A DNA stretch of 43,696 nucleotides, taken from IMG/VR virus record IMGVR_UViG_3300045988_044483. One strand, given 5' to 3'. The translations under genes and the position numbers were made by a program. Shown piece after piece: positions 16,394 through 26,048 of the stretch (positions within the stretch are counted from its first letter, which is position 1; the number at the start of each line of letters is the position of its first letter). The notes beneath the pieces were generated by a model that ran no database searches, was not told the DNA's origin, and saw nothing but the letters and a program-made list of their open reading frames with translations. The stretch is from a virus.

Positions 16394-16854
16394 TATAAAA
16401 TCCCTATTCCTTCCCCGGCGTAGATTTCATCGCCGCAATAATAATAACTGTCCATGACGCGGTCATATACATATTTGACATCGTGTAAAATCCGTTCTAT
16501 GGCATTCCATTTTTGATAAGTAACCAGCGGCGTATCTGGCGTAACTGGGGTATCTTTCAAGGTACTCCATGCGTCCCGGATGCGTTGTACATTATCACGG
16601 ATTCTTTTAAAATCACTTACTCGTGGGATTTGATTCTTTTCCCACGTTTTCGTTGTTACAGTTATCGCTAAAATTCCAGCGATTTCCCGGATATTCCCTT
16701 CAATCCTGTTCAGGTCTGAGGCATTCAGCGCGCCTTTCATTCCTGCAGCCCATTCTTTTTTCTCCGTTTCCGTGATCGTCCCCGCAGCATATTTTTGCGT
16801 AAGTAGTTTTGCCCGCTCCACATCCTCCTGTGTCCGGTCATATACCCATTCCAT
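16393..16854 (-). CDS. Tail fiber-associated protein (153 aa)
   Basis: DRTQEDVERAK...LNASDLNRIEGNI motif. ATGA start/stop overlaps on both sides. Confidence 0.5.
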   Translation of the reverse strand: MEWVYDRTQEDVERAKLLTQKYAAGTITETEKKEWAAGMKGALNASDLNRIEGNIREIAGILAITVTTKTWEKNQIPRVSDFKRIRDNVQRIRDAWSTLKDTPVTPDTPLVTYQKWNAIERILHDVKYVYDRVMDSYYYCGDEIYAGEGIGIL

Positions 16855-18578
16855 TAGGTGATTCCCACCTCCTCATCAGCATACAACTCGCCAGAATAAT
16901 AATCTTCTGATGTTATTTTATAATATCCTCTGTACTTTGCCGTACCCACAAATCCACCTGTAAGGTCAACGCTAAAGGATTCTATACAGGCGACAAAATT
17001 TCCGTGCATTTGCAAGGTATTTTCAATCTCCGCCCAGTCCCCTGCTTTTTCCTCTGCGGACAAATGGCGTGTCTGGATGATCTGCTGGAGTTGGTAATAA
17101 TCCAGGATATTGTCTGCAACCTTCTGTGCGCTTTCGTAATTTAAAAGCGTGCCGGAAAATGTTTTCGTGTTCCGCACTTCACCTGACTTTATATGCTCGA
17201 TTCTGGACAGTGTAGCCAGCTCTGTACCAACATATTTGTGCCCCGTGATCGTGACCTCTGCACGTGCATTTCCCGCGATTTCCAGCACAACATAGTACGG
17301 CATTTGTTTGACAATCCTCCCCGCAGATGCGCTCATGTTCACTGCCGGGCTTGTGAGCTGAATTGTATGTATCCCCGGATCGTATGTGCCTTTCGTAATC
17401 TCGCTTTCCGCCGCGTCCAACACCCACGTTTTATATTTTACGCTTACGTCTGACACATAAGGATCTGCCTTTAACGTCGTGGAAAATTTCCGGCTGCGCG
17501 GAATCGTTGTCGATATTTTTCTGGTCGATTTTCGTATTTCGATTCCAGACCGGCGGGATGTGTTCATAATCGCAGCGCAAGCGAACAATACCTCACGCAG
17601 AGCTTTTTGACAGGTCTGGATTTTAAGCGTGCCATACAGCGGCGTTTGCGCCACCTCTTCCTCAACCGTATAATCTTCAATCCCTGCCGCTGTCATAATC
17701 TCTTCGATCACACTTCCCGCCGTTTCTCCGTCGTATATCCGCCCGTCTTTAAAATCCACATTAGCAAGCATCCCTTTGTAGTCAATCGCCGATATTTGTG
17801 TGACGTTTTTTGCGGTACTGTTAGATTCCATGAAAAACACGCCCAGCGGCATCTTCACGCCGTCAACGATTTCATAGGGTAACATTCTCTGCTTTTTCTG
17901 CAATGTTTTGTGCAACCCGTCGATTTTGCCAATATTAAAATCATCATCAGGGTCAACAAAGTCAAACGTAAGCTTGTCCGTCTTGACCTGATTACTGATA
18001 GGGTCTGTGTCATTTACAAGCTTCGCGCTTTTTATAACATCCGGCCCCCAGATAAACGTTGTGCCATACTCGAGATAGTTTAACTTTACATTGTGCCACG
18101 GTAGGGCACGTACAAATCGGATCTCAATTCGTCCGTATTCCTCCACCTGGTTTTCGGCAAAATAATTCAGTTTGTCCGGGAAGAAACGTTTTTGCGATTT
18201 ATATGTACCGCCGAGGTCGTACCATGTCACTTCCATCTCCAGCGGGAATGTTTCCGAAAAATGAAAAGTCAGCCCGATAGAGGTATGATTTTCGGTAAAA
18301 TCTATTCTGATTACAGGCTGTTTTGTGAAAATTCCATCTGCGCCCGCTTGCACATCCGAAAAAAATGGGATGTCCGTCGGCGTGTCTGGCATTTCGCTAA
18401 GACTCCCATCCAACACGAAAAAATTATGTTCCAGTGTAGCGTATTTTGGTGGGCTGCCTTTTGACTTAAACAGCCCCATATCCCCAAAAGCAGCATTGCT
18501 CTCTGTGCTTTCTTTTGCATCAGGCAGAGCAGTCGTGTCATACAGATTGTATTCGACATAAAATTCTGTTTTCATCAT
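16854..18578 (-). CDS. Tail tip / baseplate protein (Dit/Tal-like, 574 aa)
   Basis: Large ORF downstream of the tape measure gene and translationally coupled to it. Confidence 0.55.
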   Translation of the reverse strand: MMKTEFYVEYNLYDTTALPDAKESTESNAAFGDMGLFKSKGSPPKYATLEHNFFVLDGSLSEMPDTPTDIPFFSDVQAGADGIFTKQPVIRIDFTENHTSIGLTFHFSETFPLEMEVTWYDLGGTYKSQKRFFPDKLNYFAENQVEEYGRIEIRFVRALPWHNVKLNYLEYGTTFIWGPDVIKSAKLVNDTDPISNQVKTDKLTFDFVDPDDDFNIGKIDGLHKTLQKKQRMLPYEIVDGVKMPLGVFFMESNSTAKNVTQISAIDYKGMLANVDFKDGRIYDGETAGSVIEEIMTAAGIEDYTVEEEVAQTPLYGTLKIQTCQKALREVLFACAAIMNTSRRSGIEIRKSTRKISTTIPRSRKFSTTLKADPYVSDVSVKYKTWVLDAAESEITKGTYDPGIHTIQLTSPAVNMSASAGRIVKQMPYYVVLEIAGNARAEVTITGHKYVGTELATLSRIEHIKSGEVRNTKTFSGTLLNYESAQKVADNILDYYQLQQIIQTRHLSAEEKAGDWAEIENTLQMHGNFVACIESFSVDLTGGFVGTAKYRGYYKITSEDYYSGELYADEEVGIT

Positions 18579-18967
18579 GGTCTCCTTGCCGGTTCTTTCG
18601 CCGTAAACTTGCAGGTAAACCCTTTATAATCAGCGCTATCCTGTGTTATCTTCTCGTATTCATCAGAGACGCTGGATATATAAGCTGTGTATTCGTAATA
18701 ACCAGGATCTGACGGCAGCGAAATAACATGGAATGGTACGGGCTCTGTGACCTTATCCCAGAAACGTTTATATACGCCATCCGGGAACGAGCTGCTCTTC
18801 CCGACCGACATTGTGTAGTTAAAATACACGCCTATCAATTCACGCTGGAGATCTCCCGTTTCAACTCTTTCGGCGAATTTGTCGAGGAAATCCGCGTTTC
18901 TTTTTATGGACACGATGGGGATGTTAAAATACTCCCCATCTATGTATATGCCGCGTGTAAAAATCAT
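18575..18967 (-). CDS. Small distal tail protein (130 aa)
   Basis: Immediately follows the tape measure gene with a 4-nt overlap. Confidence 0.45.
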   Translation of the reverse strand: MIFTRGIYIDGEYFNIPIVSIKRNADFLDKFAERVETGDLQRELIGVYFNYTMSVGKSSSFPDGVYKRFWDKVTEPVPFHVISLPSDPGYYEYTAYISSVSDEYEKITQDSADYKGFTCKFTAKEPARRP

Positions 18968-21963
18968 CCTCCGATCACCTCCAGATCATATCCTTGCCTG
19001 CTTGCTTCCGATAAGAAATCCTGCAGTGTAGCTTGCGCCAGATCTACCCCGTTTACCTGCAAGACAATTTTCGCCGTTCTAAATCCGCCGCCGTTCTCTG
19101 CCATTACCTCCGATACAGCTTGTTTGATTGTGCCTATCGGCGCTTCGATGTTGGTCTGCCCTGCCCGCTGGTCGCCCAGAATCGCCAGGAACGGGTTGCC
19201 GCCACGGATTACCGAGCCAGATGCAAGCGCCGGGATATCCCGCAGGGTACGAGATGCAAAGCTTTCGTTTATGGCATACGGCTGCGTGGACATTGTTCGC
19301 GGCTTCGATGATCCGCCACCAGTAAATGCGTTTTTGATACCGCTGCCGATGTTCTTGATTTCCTCTATAACGCCTGCAATCATGTCGCTAACCCATGTAA
19401 AGAAGCCGGACAAGAACGCCTTTATAGAATCCACGACGCCTTCTACTTTGGTTTTAAAAATCGTGAAGATTTCCTGCGCGGTATTCCATGCGCCCTTCCA
19501 GTCTCCATCAATCAGCTGCTTAACAACTTTTACAAACAGACGAAATACAGTTTTCATGATGTCAATAATGCTTTTTATCTTATTCCAGAAATCGTTGAAC
19601 GTATCCCAAGCAACCGCCCACGCCTCTTTCCAAAATTCTAAACAATCGTTTATAAACGTCATAAAGGTTGTAAAACCATCAACAATCGTCTTAATTCCAA
19701 GTATAATAAACTCTAACAGCACCCCTAATCCTTGCACCAAGAATGGCACTGCGTAGGTCATAATCCAGTCAACAATCGGTTGCAAAATACTCTCCCAAAA
19801 AGATTTTAAAATATCCGCAACCAACCCAACTCCTCTTATTATAGCTTCCCAAGCCGGCAGAAAAGACTGCGTAAGAAGCTCTGATATTCTAGTCCCGATT
19901 CTGTCGATAACTGGCTGAATGTGTGTATTCCATGCGGTTAAAAAATGGTTGACAACCTCTGAAAGCCCGCTCGTTAAACTATCAAATAATGGCTTTATAT
20001 GAGCGTCGTACATTGCATTCAGGCTATCAAACGCTTTATCTACAGCCGTCTTAAATCCTTCCAGCACGGTTGCTGCGCCGCCTAATAACCCCTCCAGCGC
20101 AGTCTTGAACCCGTCAGCGTTTTCTGTAAACGGTACAATGAGCATTTGTAAAAAGTCCCGCCCCAGTTTAAGCGCAAGTTCAGTCAGCCCCATAGCTGCA
20201 TCCGCAATGCTTCCTATCAGCGCCGATACAAAGCGGATCCCGTTTTCGCTTGCAAATGCTTCAAATACATAGGCTATACTTTGAAACAAATCCGCCAGAA
20301 GGAGGTTTATATCTGCCCCCACGTTAAATGCGGATATCAGGAATTTCTTTATCCGGTCGGTATTGTTTTCGAGATAATCCCCAACCCCGCCGATCAAAGC
20401 CGCCGCCAGAGTAAGACCTATGCTCGCCATTGAGCCGGTAAAGGAACCCAACATATACATAAAAGTTTTAAGGAAGTTGTCAGCAGCCCCTACAACCGCA
20501 GGATCTGACCATATCTCTATCCATGCATCGCGGATTTGCTGAAGCCCATTTTTGATGATATCTAAGCGGTATTCAAAATCCCCCAAACCATCCCAGAATC
20601 CTTCCGCAAAAGCATCTTTTAACTCTTTTACATAGTCAAGAATAGGTTTCAGCTTCTCCAAGATCCCATCAAGCCAAGACTTCACTCCTGCATCAATAGG
20701 GACTTCCTCGAACATGTCTTTCGGCTGCGTTCCGCCTCCACCGCCGCCGGAATCATCCTGCTTTTGCAGCACATCCAGGTCATCAAACTTTGCCAAAGCT
20801 CCGGCTGCCTTTTTTGCCGCCGCTGCTGTTCCATTCAGGGAATCGTTATAGGAATCCTGTATCTTTTTCGCTCGGATGAAAGTGCTTTTCCCGCCAAGGA
20901 TGGCAATAAACTGCGCCACATATGTTATCGCCCGCGTTATCCCGTTTATAAGTGTATTGAGATACGGAATTACTATCTGGACAATCGGCGCAAAGGCAGC
21001 AGCAAACGCATTACCAAGTGTAACCAGCGAATTTTTTAGCGCCTGAAATGAATTTGCCAACGGAGCGGAGTATTTCGTAAGGTTTGAAAACCCCTTTTGC
21101 ATTCCGGCTACCATCGCATTAAATGCTTTTGTAATCCAGTTAAATATCAACAGCGATAATGCGATACCTTTCAATCTTGATGCAAAAGTGCCGAACAGCC
21201 CCGCGCTTTTTTTTGCGCCGGACGACGCTGTTTTAAATGCTTTATCAGCAGAATTCTTCATCCGGTCAAATTCTTTTTTGATGGGCTTCTGCTTCGCGTT
21301 AAGCTCTGCCATCCTGTGCTTTGAAACCTCTATGTTCCCAGCAAGCTGTGACGCCTTTACAGACATCTTCTGAAATTCTTCTGTATCTTTTGGGGATACA
21401 AACGCGTTACCGGATGCTTTCTCCGCGTTTATTTTTTCCTTGATTTCATCTACTTTTTGAGCCGCTTCATCCAGTTGAGCCTTGTCCACCTTCGGGGTAT
21501 ACGCATTTCCACTGTTCTCCATCTGCTGAAGCTTTTCTTTCAGATCATCTACACGGTCGGATGCGGCTGCAACCTGTTCATTTAGTACGTCCCATGCGCC
21601 GCCGGTTTGAGGTACCCCCATGTTTTCCCAGTCTGTCTGACGTGCTACAAGCTTAGACAGCTCTCCTTGCGCCGCAACGAGGTCTTTCTGTAAAGCTTTA
21701 TACTCAGACGTTGCCGCCCCCTTTTGTGACATACGGGCCTGCAGTTTTGAATACTCGGATTCTGCCTTTTCTAACTCTCTTTGTAATTCTGCAAATTTTT
21801 CTGTCGGGATTTTCTTTTGCGAAAATTCTTCCATTTTGCGATTGAGAGAATCTAAAGCCGCGCTGTCTTTTTTTATGGCATTAGACACGCGCATCATCTG
21901 GCTGTTTAAATCTTTTGTTTCAATTTTTGTGTTTATCCGTATCGAACCGTCATATTTCGGCAT
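18964..21963 (-). CDS. Tape measure protein (999 aa)
   Basis: Size, N-terminal coiled coils, central hydrophobic/Gly-rich segments (GGGGGG), and position after the tail chaperones. Confidence 0.9.
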   Translation of the reverse strand: MPKYDGSIRINTKIETKDLNSQMMRVSNAIKKDSAALDSLNRKMEEFSQKKIPTEKFAELQRELEKAESEYSKLQARMSQKGAATSEYKALQKDLVAAQGELSKLVARQTDWENMGVPQTGGAWDVLNEQVAAASDRVDDLKEKLQQMENSGNAYTPKVDKAQLDEAAQKVDEIKEKINAEKASGNAFVSPKDTEEFQKMSVKASQLAGNIEVSKHRMAELNAKQKPIKKEFDRMKNSADKAFKTASSGAKKSAGLFGTFASRLKGIALSLLIFNWITKAFNAMVAGMQKGFSNLTKYSAPLANSFQALKNSLVTLGNAFAAAFAPIVQIVIPYLNTLINGITRAITYVAQFIAILGGKSTFIRAKKIQDSYNDSLNGTAAAAKKAAGALAKFDDLDVLQKQDDSGGGGGGTQPKDMFEEVPIDAGVKSWLDGILEKLKPILDYVKELKDAFAEGFWDGLGDFEYRLDIIKNGLQQIRDAWIEIWSDPAVVGAADNFLKTFMYMLGSFTGSMASIGLTLAAALIGGVGDYLENNTDRIKKFLISAFNVGADINLLLADLFQSIAYVFEAFASENGIRFVSALIGSIADAAMGLTELALKLGRDFLQMLIVPFTENADGFKTALEGLLGGAATVLEGFKTAVDKAFDSLNAMYDAHIKPLFDSLTSGLSEVVNHFLTAWNTHIQPVIDRIGTRISELLTQSFLPAWEAIIRGVGLVADILKSFWESILQPIVDWIMTYAVPFLVQGLGVLLEFIILGIKTIVDGFTTFMTFINDCLEFWKEAWAVAWDTFNDFWNKIKSIIDIMKTVFRLFVKVVKQLIDGDWKGAWNTAQEIFTIFKTKVEGVVDSIKAFLSGFFTWVSDMIAGVIEEIKNIGSGIKNAFTGGGSSKPRTMSTQPYAINESFASRTLRDIPALASGSVIRGGNPFLAILGDQRAGQTNIEAPIGTIKQAVSEVMAENGGGFRTAKIVLQVNGVDLAQATLQDFLSEASRQGYDLEVIGG

Positions 21964-21964
21964 A

Positions 21965-22552
21965 TCAGCCTCCTACCTTGATCCATTTCATAAAAGCGTC
22001 AACGTCTTCCTGTTCCTCTTCTGTCAGTTCCTCTTCCCGCTCTATTGCAAATATTTGTTTCTGCTCCTGCAATGCCTGTTTTGCACGCGTGTCCATCTTA
22101 GGGTCTATTTTCTGCTGCCGGATGGCTATGACGTTCGTGTATGCGCATTCACCGAGCGTGGACAGCAGTCCCATGAACGCCCAGTAGTGCATGTCAGACC
22201 GGTTCAGGTCGATTCCGTACTTCTCCAGAAATGCTGAATAGATGCGCCACTGGTCTATGTCAAAATCTGTTACCGGAACTTTGTCCTCATCCTTCGGGCG
22301 GTTGTCGGTATACCACCCGCTCAGAAACCACCTAAGGCCATCCACGGCAGTTTTTAAATCGGGTAAAGAAGAAGGGCTGCCGTCCCCATCCTCTGACGGA
22401 TACAGCAGCCCAAGCGCTACAGCCAACCTTTCATCGTCTGACAGGTCCGGATCTTGCAAAGCCTGTGAAATCTGGATCCCTGTCTGGAAGGCTTCGTCTA
22501 TGCGGAAACCCTCATATTCTGTTGGGAATTTATCAAGCAGCACATTCCACAT
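21965..22552 (-). CDS. Phage Gp15-family tail assembly protein
   Basis: MWNVLLDKFPTEYEGFRIDEAFQTGIQISQALQD..DDER is Gp15-like. It lies between the chaperone and the tape measure gene. Confidence 0.6.
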   Translation of the reverse strand: MWNVLLDKFPTEYEGFRIDEAFQTGIQISQALQDPDLSDDERLAVALGLLYPSEDGDGSPSSLPDLKTAVDGLRWFLSGWYTDNRPKDEDKVPVTDFDIDQWRIYSAFLEKYGIDLNRSDMHYWAFMGLLSTLGECAYTNVIAIRQQKIDPKMDTRAKQALQEQKQIFAIEREEELTEEEQEDVDAFMKWIKVGG

Positions 22553-22975
22553 TTAATTGCTTCGCGCCCCTTTCCTGTTCGGGCTGTATTTGCTTGTGAT
22601 TTTCTGATTTCGTTCGGTGGCGAAGCCCTGAAGAATCGGTATGATCTGGTCTAAAAAGTCCGCGATAAGCTCCATTCCCGGGGATTCCACGTCAGGGAAC
22701 ACCTTTTTGCAACACCCGCTCCCAAACAGAGAATCCAACTCAGCGCAGGCCTCTTTGCATAAAGCGTCATACGCTCCGAAGCGTTCCGTGAAATCACCGG
22801 AAGAATCATTAGCAATCCTATCGGCTTCCTCGTTTTTTGCATTCAGCCATGCCACAAAATCGTCAAAACGCTTAAAAAAACTGTTGTCAGAGATGTTGAC
22901 CGCAATATAATCGCCGTTGTCGTTGACCTCAATGCGTTTGACGCCACTGTCTACTCGTAAACTTGCTGCTCCCAT
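22553..22975 (-). CDS. Tail assembly chaperone
   Basis: Position between the major tail and Gp15 genes. Acidic 140-aa protein. Confidence 0.55.
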   Translation of the reverse strand: MGAASLRVDSGVKRIEVNDNGDYIAVNISDNSFFKRFDDFVAWLNAKNEEADRIANDSSGDFTERFGAYDALCKEACAELDSLFGSGCCKKVFPDVESPGMELIADFLDQIIPILQGFATERNQKITSKYSPNRKGARSN

Positions 22976-22985
22976 CTTGTCCTCC

Positions 22986-23498
22986 TTATTCCGTTAAAGC
23001 TCTGTCAGACGCGGGCGTCGCCGTGAATTTTCTTGTGGTTACGTTAAACGTTCCAGCTTCTCCGTCACCTCTGCCACCCAGAGTCAGTGTATCTGTCACG
23101 TTTGACCCTGCATCGCCACCTGTGCCACCTACACTCACAACGCAGCGACGGCGGACTGCCGGATATTCAGGTCCAGCGCCGGAAACTCTCACGCGGACAT
23201 AGGATGTTATGGCATCAGCTCCGACGGGCAGCGTGTCTATCATCTTGTTAAACCAGTCTGTAAGATCCTGATCCTCTTCGTCTACGTTCTGCCTTTCAAC
23301 TTCGATGGACGGCGTATAGGATTTAAGGTCCGTAGATCCGTTTTCCTGATTGATGTACTGTACCGTCTCCGTCTCGGGGTTCATTTCCTCCGTTAAAGAG
23401 GTAATACCCGTTCCCAGAAGCCGGTAGTCTGCCGCTGTCCCCTCAGAGGTCGTGTCCATTTTTACATCGACAAAATGTCTCAACAAATGTCTTTTCAT
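22986..23498 (-). CDS. Major tail protein
   Basis: 170-aa ORF preceding the chaperones. Assigned by synteny. Confidence 0.6.
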   Translation of the reverse strand: MKRHLLRHFVDVKMDTTSEGTAADYRLLGTGITSLTEEMNPETETVQYINQENGSTDLKSYTPSIEVERQNVDEEDQDLTDWFNKMIDTLPVGADAITSYVRVRVSGAGPEYPAVRRRCVVSVGGTGGDAGSNVTDTLTLGGRGDGEAGTFNVTTRKFTATPASDRALTE

Positions 23499-23513
23499 CG
23501 TTTTATTCCTTTC

Positions 23514-24017
23514 TTAAAATTCGGGTTCGATAACATTTTTATAAAAAACCGTAACCGGTAGAACCCAGTCCTGCACGCCATTCTCCTGCGGCTGTGTCCC
23601 GTATGCGTTCCCGCGTGTTACCCGCTCAATTTTCCGCCCTGCGGTCAGATCTGGGTATATCGCTTTTTCGTACTCTTTCCCTTCAATCCCGGAGGGCTCG
23701 CGGCAAAGCCAGCGCCCCAGCGTGTCGAGAAATTCCAGGATAGTAATTTTCTGCCGTTCTCTTGCTCCCGTGGTCGAACGGTATACTACAAAGCAGGGAT
23801 ACCGGCATTCCTGATATATCCGCCCGAGTATATCTTCTTTTTCTGTATACACCAGCGCCCCGGAATCATTGGAAAACGCAATGCCATCCTCAGACCCGAG
23901 CTCTTCGAATTTAATTACTTCATCCGGATACAGCCCCGGAAACTGGTTAAGCAGCGACTTCATTGCCGCCGTCAAAACATCATAGCCGGTAGCATCATTC
24001 CCGATAGGTTCAGCCAT
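23514..24017 (-). CDS. Head-tail joining / tail completion protein
   Basis: Assigned by synteny, directly upstream of the major tail gene. Confidence 0.5.
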   Translation of the reverse strand: MAEPIGNDATGYDVLTAAMKSLLNQFPGLYPDEVIKFEELGSEDGIAFSNDSGALVYTEKEDILGRIYQECRYPCFVVYRSTTGARERQKITILEFLDTLGRWLCREPSGIEGKEYEKAIYPDLTAGRKIERVTRGNAYGTQPQENGVQDWVLPVTVFYKNVIEPEF

Positions 24018-24027
24018 TTTCCTCCAC

Positions 24028-24501
24028 CTACTTCCCTAAGATTTCAAAATGCGGAATTATCGCATATGGTCCGCCCACTGACGATATAAGATAAACAAAA
24101 TCCTTTTCGGTATTCATAAACGCGTAAAACCCTTCATATCGCCTGTCCGTATAATCTGCATCGTTCACAGGACTGTCCCCGTCCCATGCTCCTACCATAA
24201 AAAAATCTGTAGACGGATTAAATGTAATGCTGTCGGGCAACAAATCGTTGACCTGTCTGTTCCATTCCTTCGGCGGAAGCCACGGCAATTCTTTTCCGAC
24301 GGTATCAACAATAATTTTTCTCCCGTTCTTGACCCCGAACGGGATATGTAACTGTGCGTTATCTGTACTGTCTGGACCGTACAGCTTCATAATCTGCCCC
24401 CGGTCAGTCTCCAGATGCACGCCGGAAAGCACATGAGGATACCAGATGGCGGCGGTGCTGGATTCGTAAAAATTGAATATTGTCACTATCGCATCATTCA
24501 T
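24028..24501 (-). CDS. Head closure / head-tail joining protein
   Basis: Assigned by synteny in the head-tail connector cluster. Confidence 0.45.
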   Translation of the reverse strand: MNDAIVTIFNFYESSTAAIWYPHVLSGVHLETDRGQIMKLYGPDSTDNAQLHIPFGVKNGRKIIVDTVGKELPWLPPKEWNRQVNDLLPDSITFNPSTDFFMVGAWDGDSPVNDADYTDRRYEGFYAFMNTEKDFVYLISSVGGPYAIIPHFEILGK

Positions 24502-25144
24502 CGGTATCCCTCATTTCACAAAGAGCTTCGTTAAATTTATCCGTAAACGCCCGGATTCTCACGATATTTCCCATGCATTCCTCTGGCACAGAACCGTAAA
24601 AGATGATCGTCTCCGGCTGCAACCGCCTCACCATTTCTTCATACCCTGCCAAAAACAGCGCCTTTTTTTCCTTGCTGTTCATGCAGCCAACAGAAGATAC
24701 CGCCACCGTTCCACCCTCTGGCTCCCCATCGAAACACCAGTCATAAGAATCCGGTGTACTCCATGAGATGGTTGGGATAACTTGTATTCCTGCCTCCTGC
24801 ATATACGCCGCACACCAGTGTTTGCGGTAGTGGTTGTATATCTGCATGACCTTAGGAAAATCTGTATAGGTAGAGAAATCCGGAGACATTACATAGCGGA
24901 ATCTTTGAAGCATCGGGATATACCGGTCTATGTTTGACCACAGGCGGCAAAACTGGTAATCATCCAAAAAGAAATGAACACCTTTTTCAGATGGATTTTT
25001 GCAAGATTTTGCATAATTAAATCCGATCCAGTCACAACCGCCTTCATAAGTCACAGGGGATATTTCCGGTATGACATACTCTCCAACGCCGTCAAATATC
25101 CTGCGTTCCAGATTGTCGTAACTGCGACTGGTTCGATATCCCAT
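24494..25144 (-). CDS. DUF4417-family protein
   Basis: GVHFFLDDYQFCRLWSN...MSPDFSTYTDFPKVMQIYNHYRKHWCAAYMQEAGIQVIPTISW matches my recollection of the DUF4417 signature. Confidence 0.6.
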   Translation of the reverse strand: MGYRTSRSYDNLERRIFDGVGEYVIPEISPVTYEGGCDWIGFNYAKSCKNPSEKGVHFFLDDYQFCRLWSNIDRYIPMLQRFRYVMSPDFSTYTDFPKVMQIYNHYRKHWCAAYMQEAGIQVIPTISWSTPDSYDWCFDGEPEGGTVAVSSVGCMNSKEKKALFLAGYEEMVRRLQPETIIFYGSVPEECMGNIVRIRAFTDKFNEALCEMRDTDE

Positions 25145-25146
25145 TC

Positions 25147-25461
25147 CTACTCGCCTTTCTTAAATCTGCTCCATAATTCTGCAAACTTCTCCCAGCCGTA
25201 CATCGCCACGAAAGCAACTGAAAATCCCGCCAGAATAGCCGCCAGAATCATGTACCAAATAATAGTCTGCTGGATGTACTGCATATATGCTACAAACGCG
25301 GTCACTGTAATCCCGATGGACAGGACAAGCACGAGGATATCCGTAGGGATTTTGGCAAGCACGCCTACACCCTTAAATACCTGTGTGATGACCGACACGA
25401 TAAACGCTAATGCGCCGATAACCGCCAAAATTGCGGTCATATTTGTAAACAACATCTCCAT
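25147..25461 (-). CDS. Three-TM holin-like membrane protein (104 aa)
   Basis: AILAVIGALAFIVSVITQVFKGVGVLAKIPTDILVLVLSIGITV resembles Hol118/A118-type holins. Charged C-terminus (RFKKGE). Confidence 0.5.
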   Translation of the reverse strand: MEMLFTNMTAILAVIGALAFIVSVITQVFKGVGVLAKIPTDILVLVLSIGITVTAFVAYMQYIQQTIIWYMILAAILAGFSVAFVAMYGWEKFAELWSRFKKGE

Positions 25462-25463
25462 AT

Positions 25464-25961
25464 CTACCTCGTTCCTGCGTACAACAACGGTACGCCATCA
25501 TCATTTTTCACTCCTGCCAGATAAAGCATTGCCGCATCTGCCAGAAGCTTGTTCGTCTCCTGTGCATCCCCGGCCGCCTGGTAGACCGCGCTCCATGCCT
25601 TTGCGCCGTTTGCCATTTCAGACGGGGAGGCGTAGGAAACTGATTCAGAACCGGCAGACTTGGAAGTAATTACTCCCGAAGTAACACCGCCAGCCCCGCC
25701 GGAAGATGTCCCCCCGGCAGCGGCAGATAGCGCCTGTTTATCTGCCAGCTCCAGTTGATATAACTTATCACAGACCGCACACACGGCCTTCTGTACCTTT
25801 GTCGCCGCCCTTTCATCAGACGGTAAGCCGTCAGCCAATCGGTCAAAGGTTATCACGTCCAGAAAGTCACTGGCGCGGTCTGCGATACGATCAAAGTCCT
25901 CCGCCGGGACGACATTCCCGTGGTAGATCTGTTCATAAAATGTAAATGTGGTGTATGCCAT
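25464..25961 (-). CDS. Head-tail adaptor (gp6/gp15-like connector)
   Basis: First gene after the major capsid gene. The N-terminal helical region is followed by a Gly/Ser-rich linker. Confidence 0.5.
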   Translation of the reverse strand: MAYTTFTFYEQIYHGNVVPAEDFDRIADRASDFLDVITFDRLADGLPSDERAATKVQKAVCAVCDKLYQLELADKQALSAAAGGTSSGGAGGVTSGVITSKSAGSESVSYASPSEMANGAKAWSAVYQAAGDAQETNKLLADAAMLYLAGVKNDDGVPLLYAGTR

Positions 25962-26048
25962 CTCGTCAGCCTCCTTATCTCTTACTCTTCCGTCTTGTTT
26001 CCCCCGAAAGCGGTTCGCCGTCAGTATTTAGGGGTGTACTGGCGGCCA

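Noticed and set aside
18728-19756. Long plus-strand ORF (342 aa) antisense to the tape measure gene. Similar cases are 25920-26966, 24974-25669, 5580-6344, 28257-28934, 14964-15596 and 39151-39684.
   Set aside because: Each lies fully antisense to a well-supported minus-strand gene. They have low-complexity Ser/Pro/Cys/Arg-rich translations and lack SD sequences, so they are typical shadow ORFs.
21965-22975. Programmed -1 frameshift between the two tail assembly genes upstream of the tape measure gene.
   Set aside because: The first gene stops (TAA) immediately before the ATG of the Gp15-like gene. There is no overlap and no slippery heptamer, so they appear to be two separate proteins.
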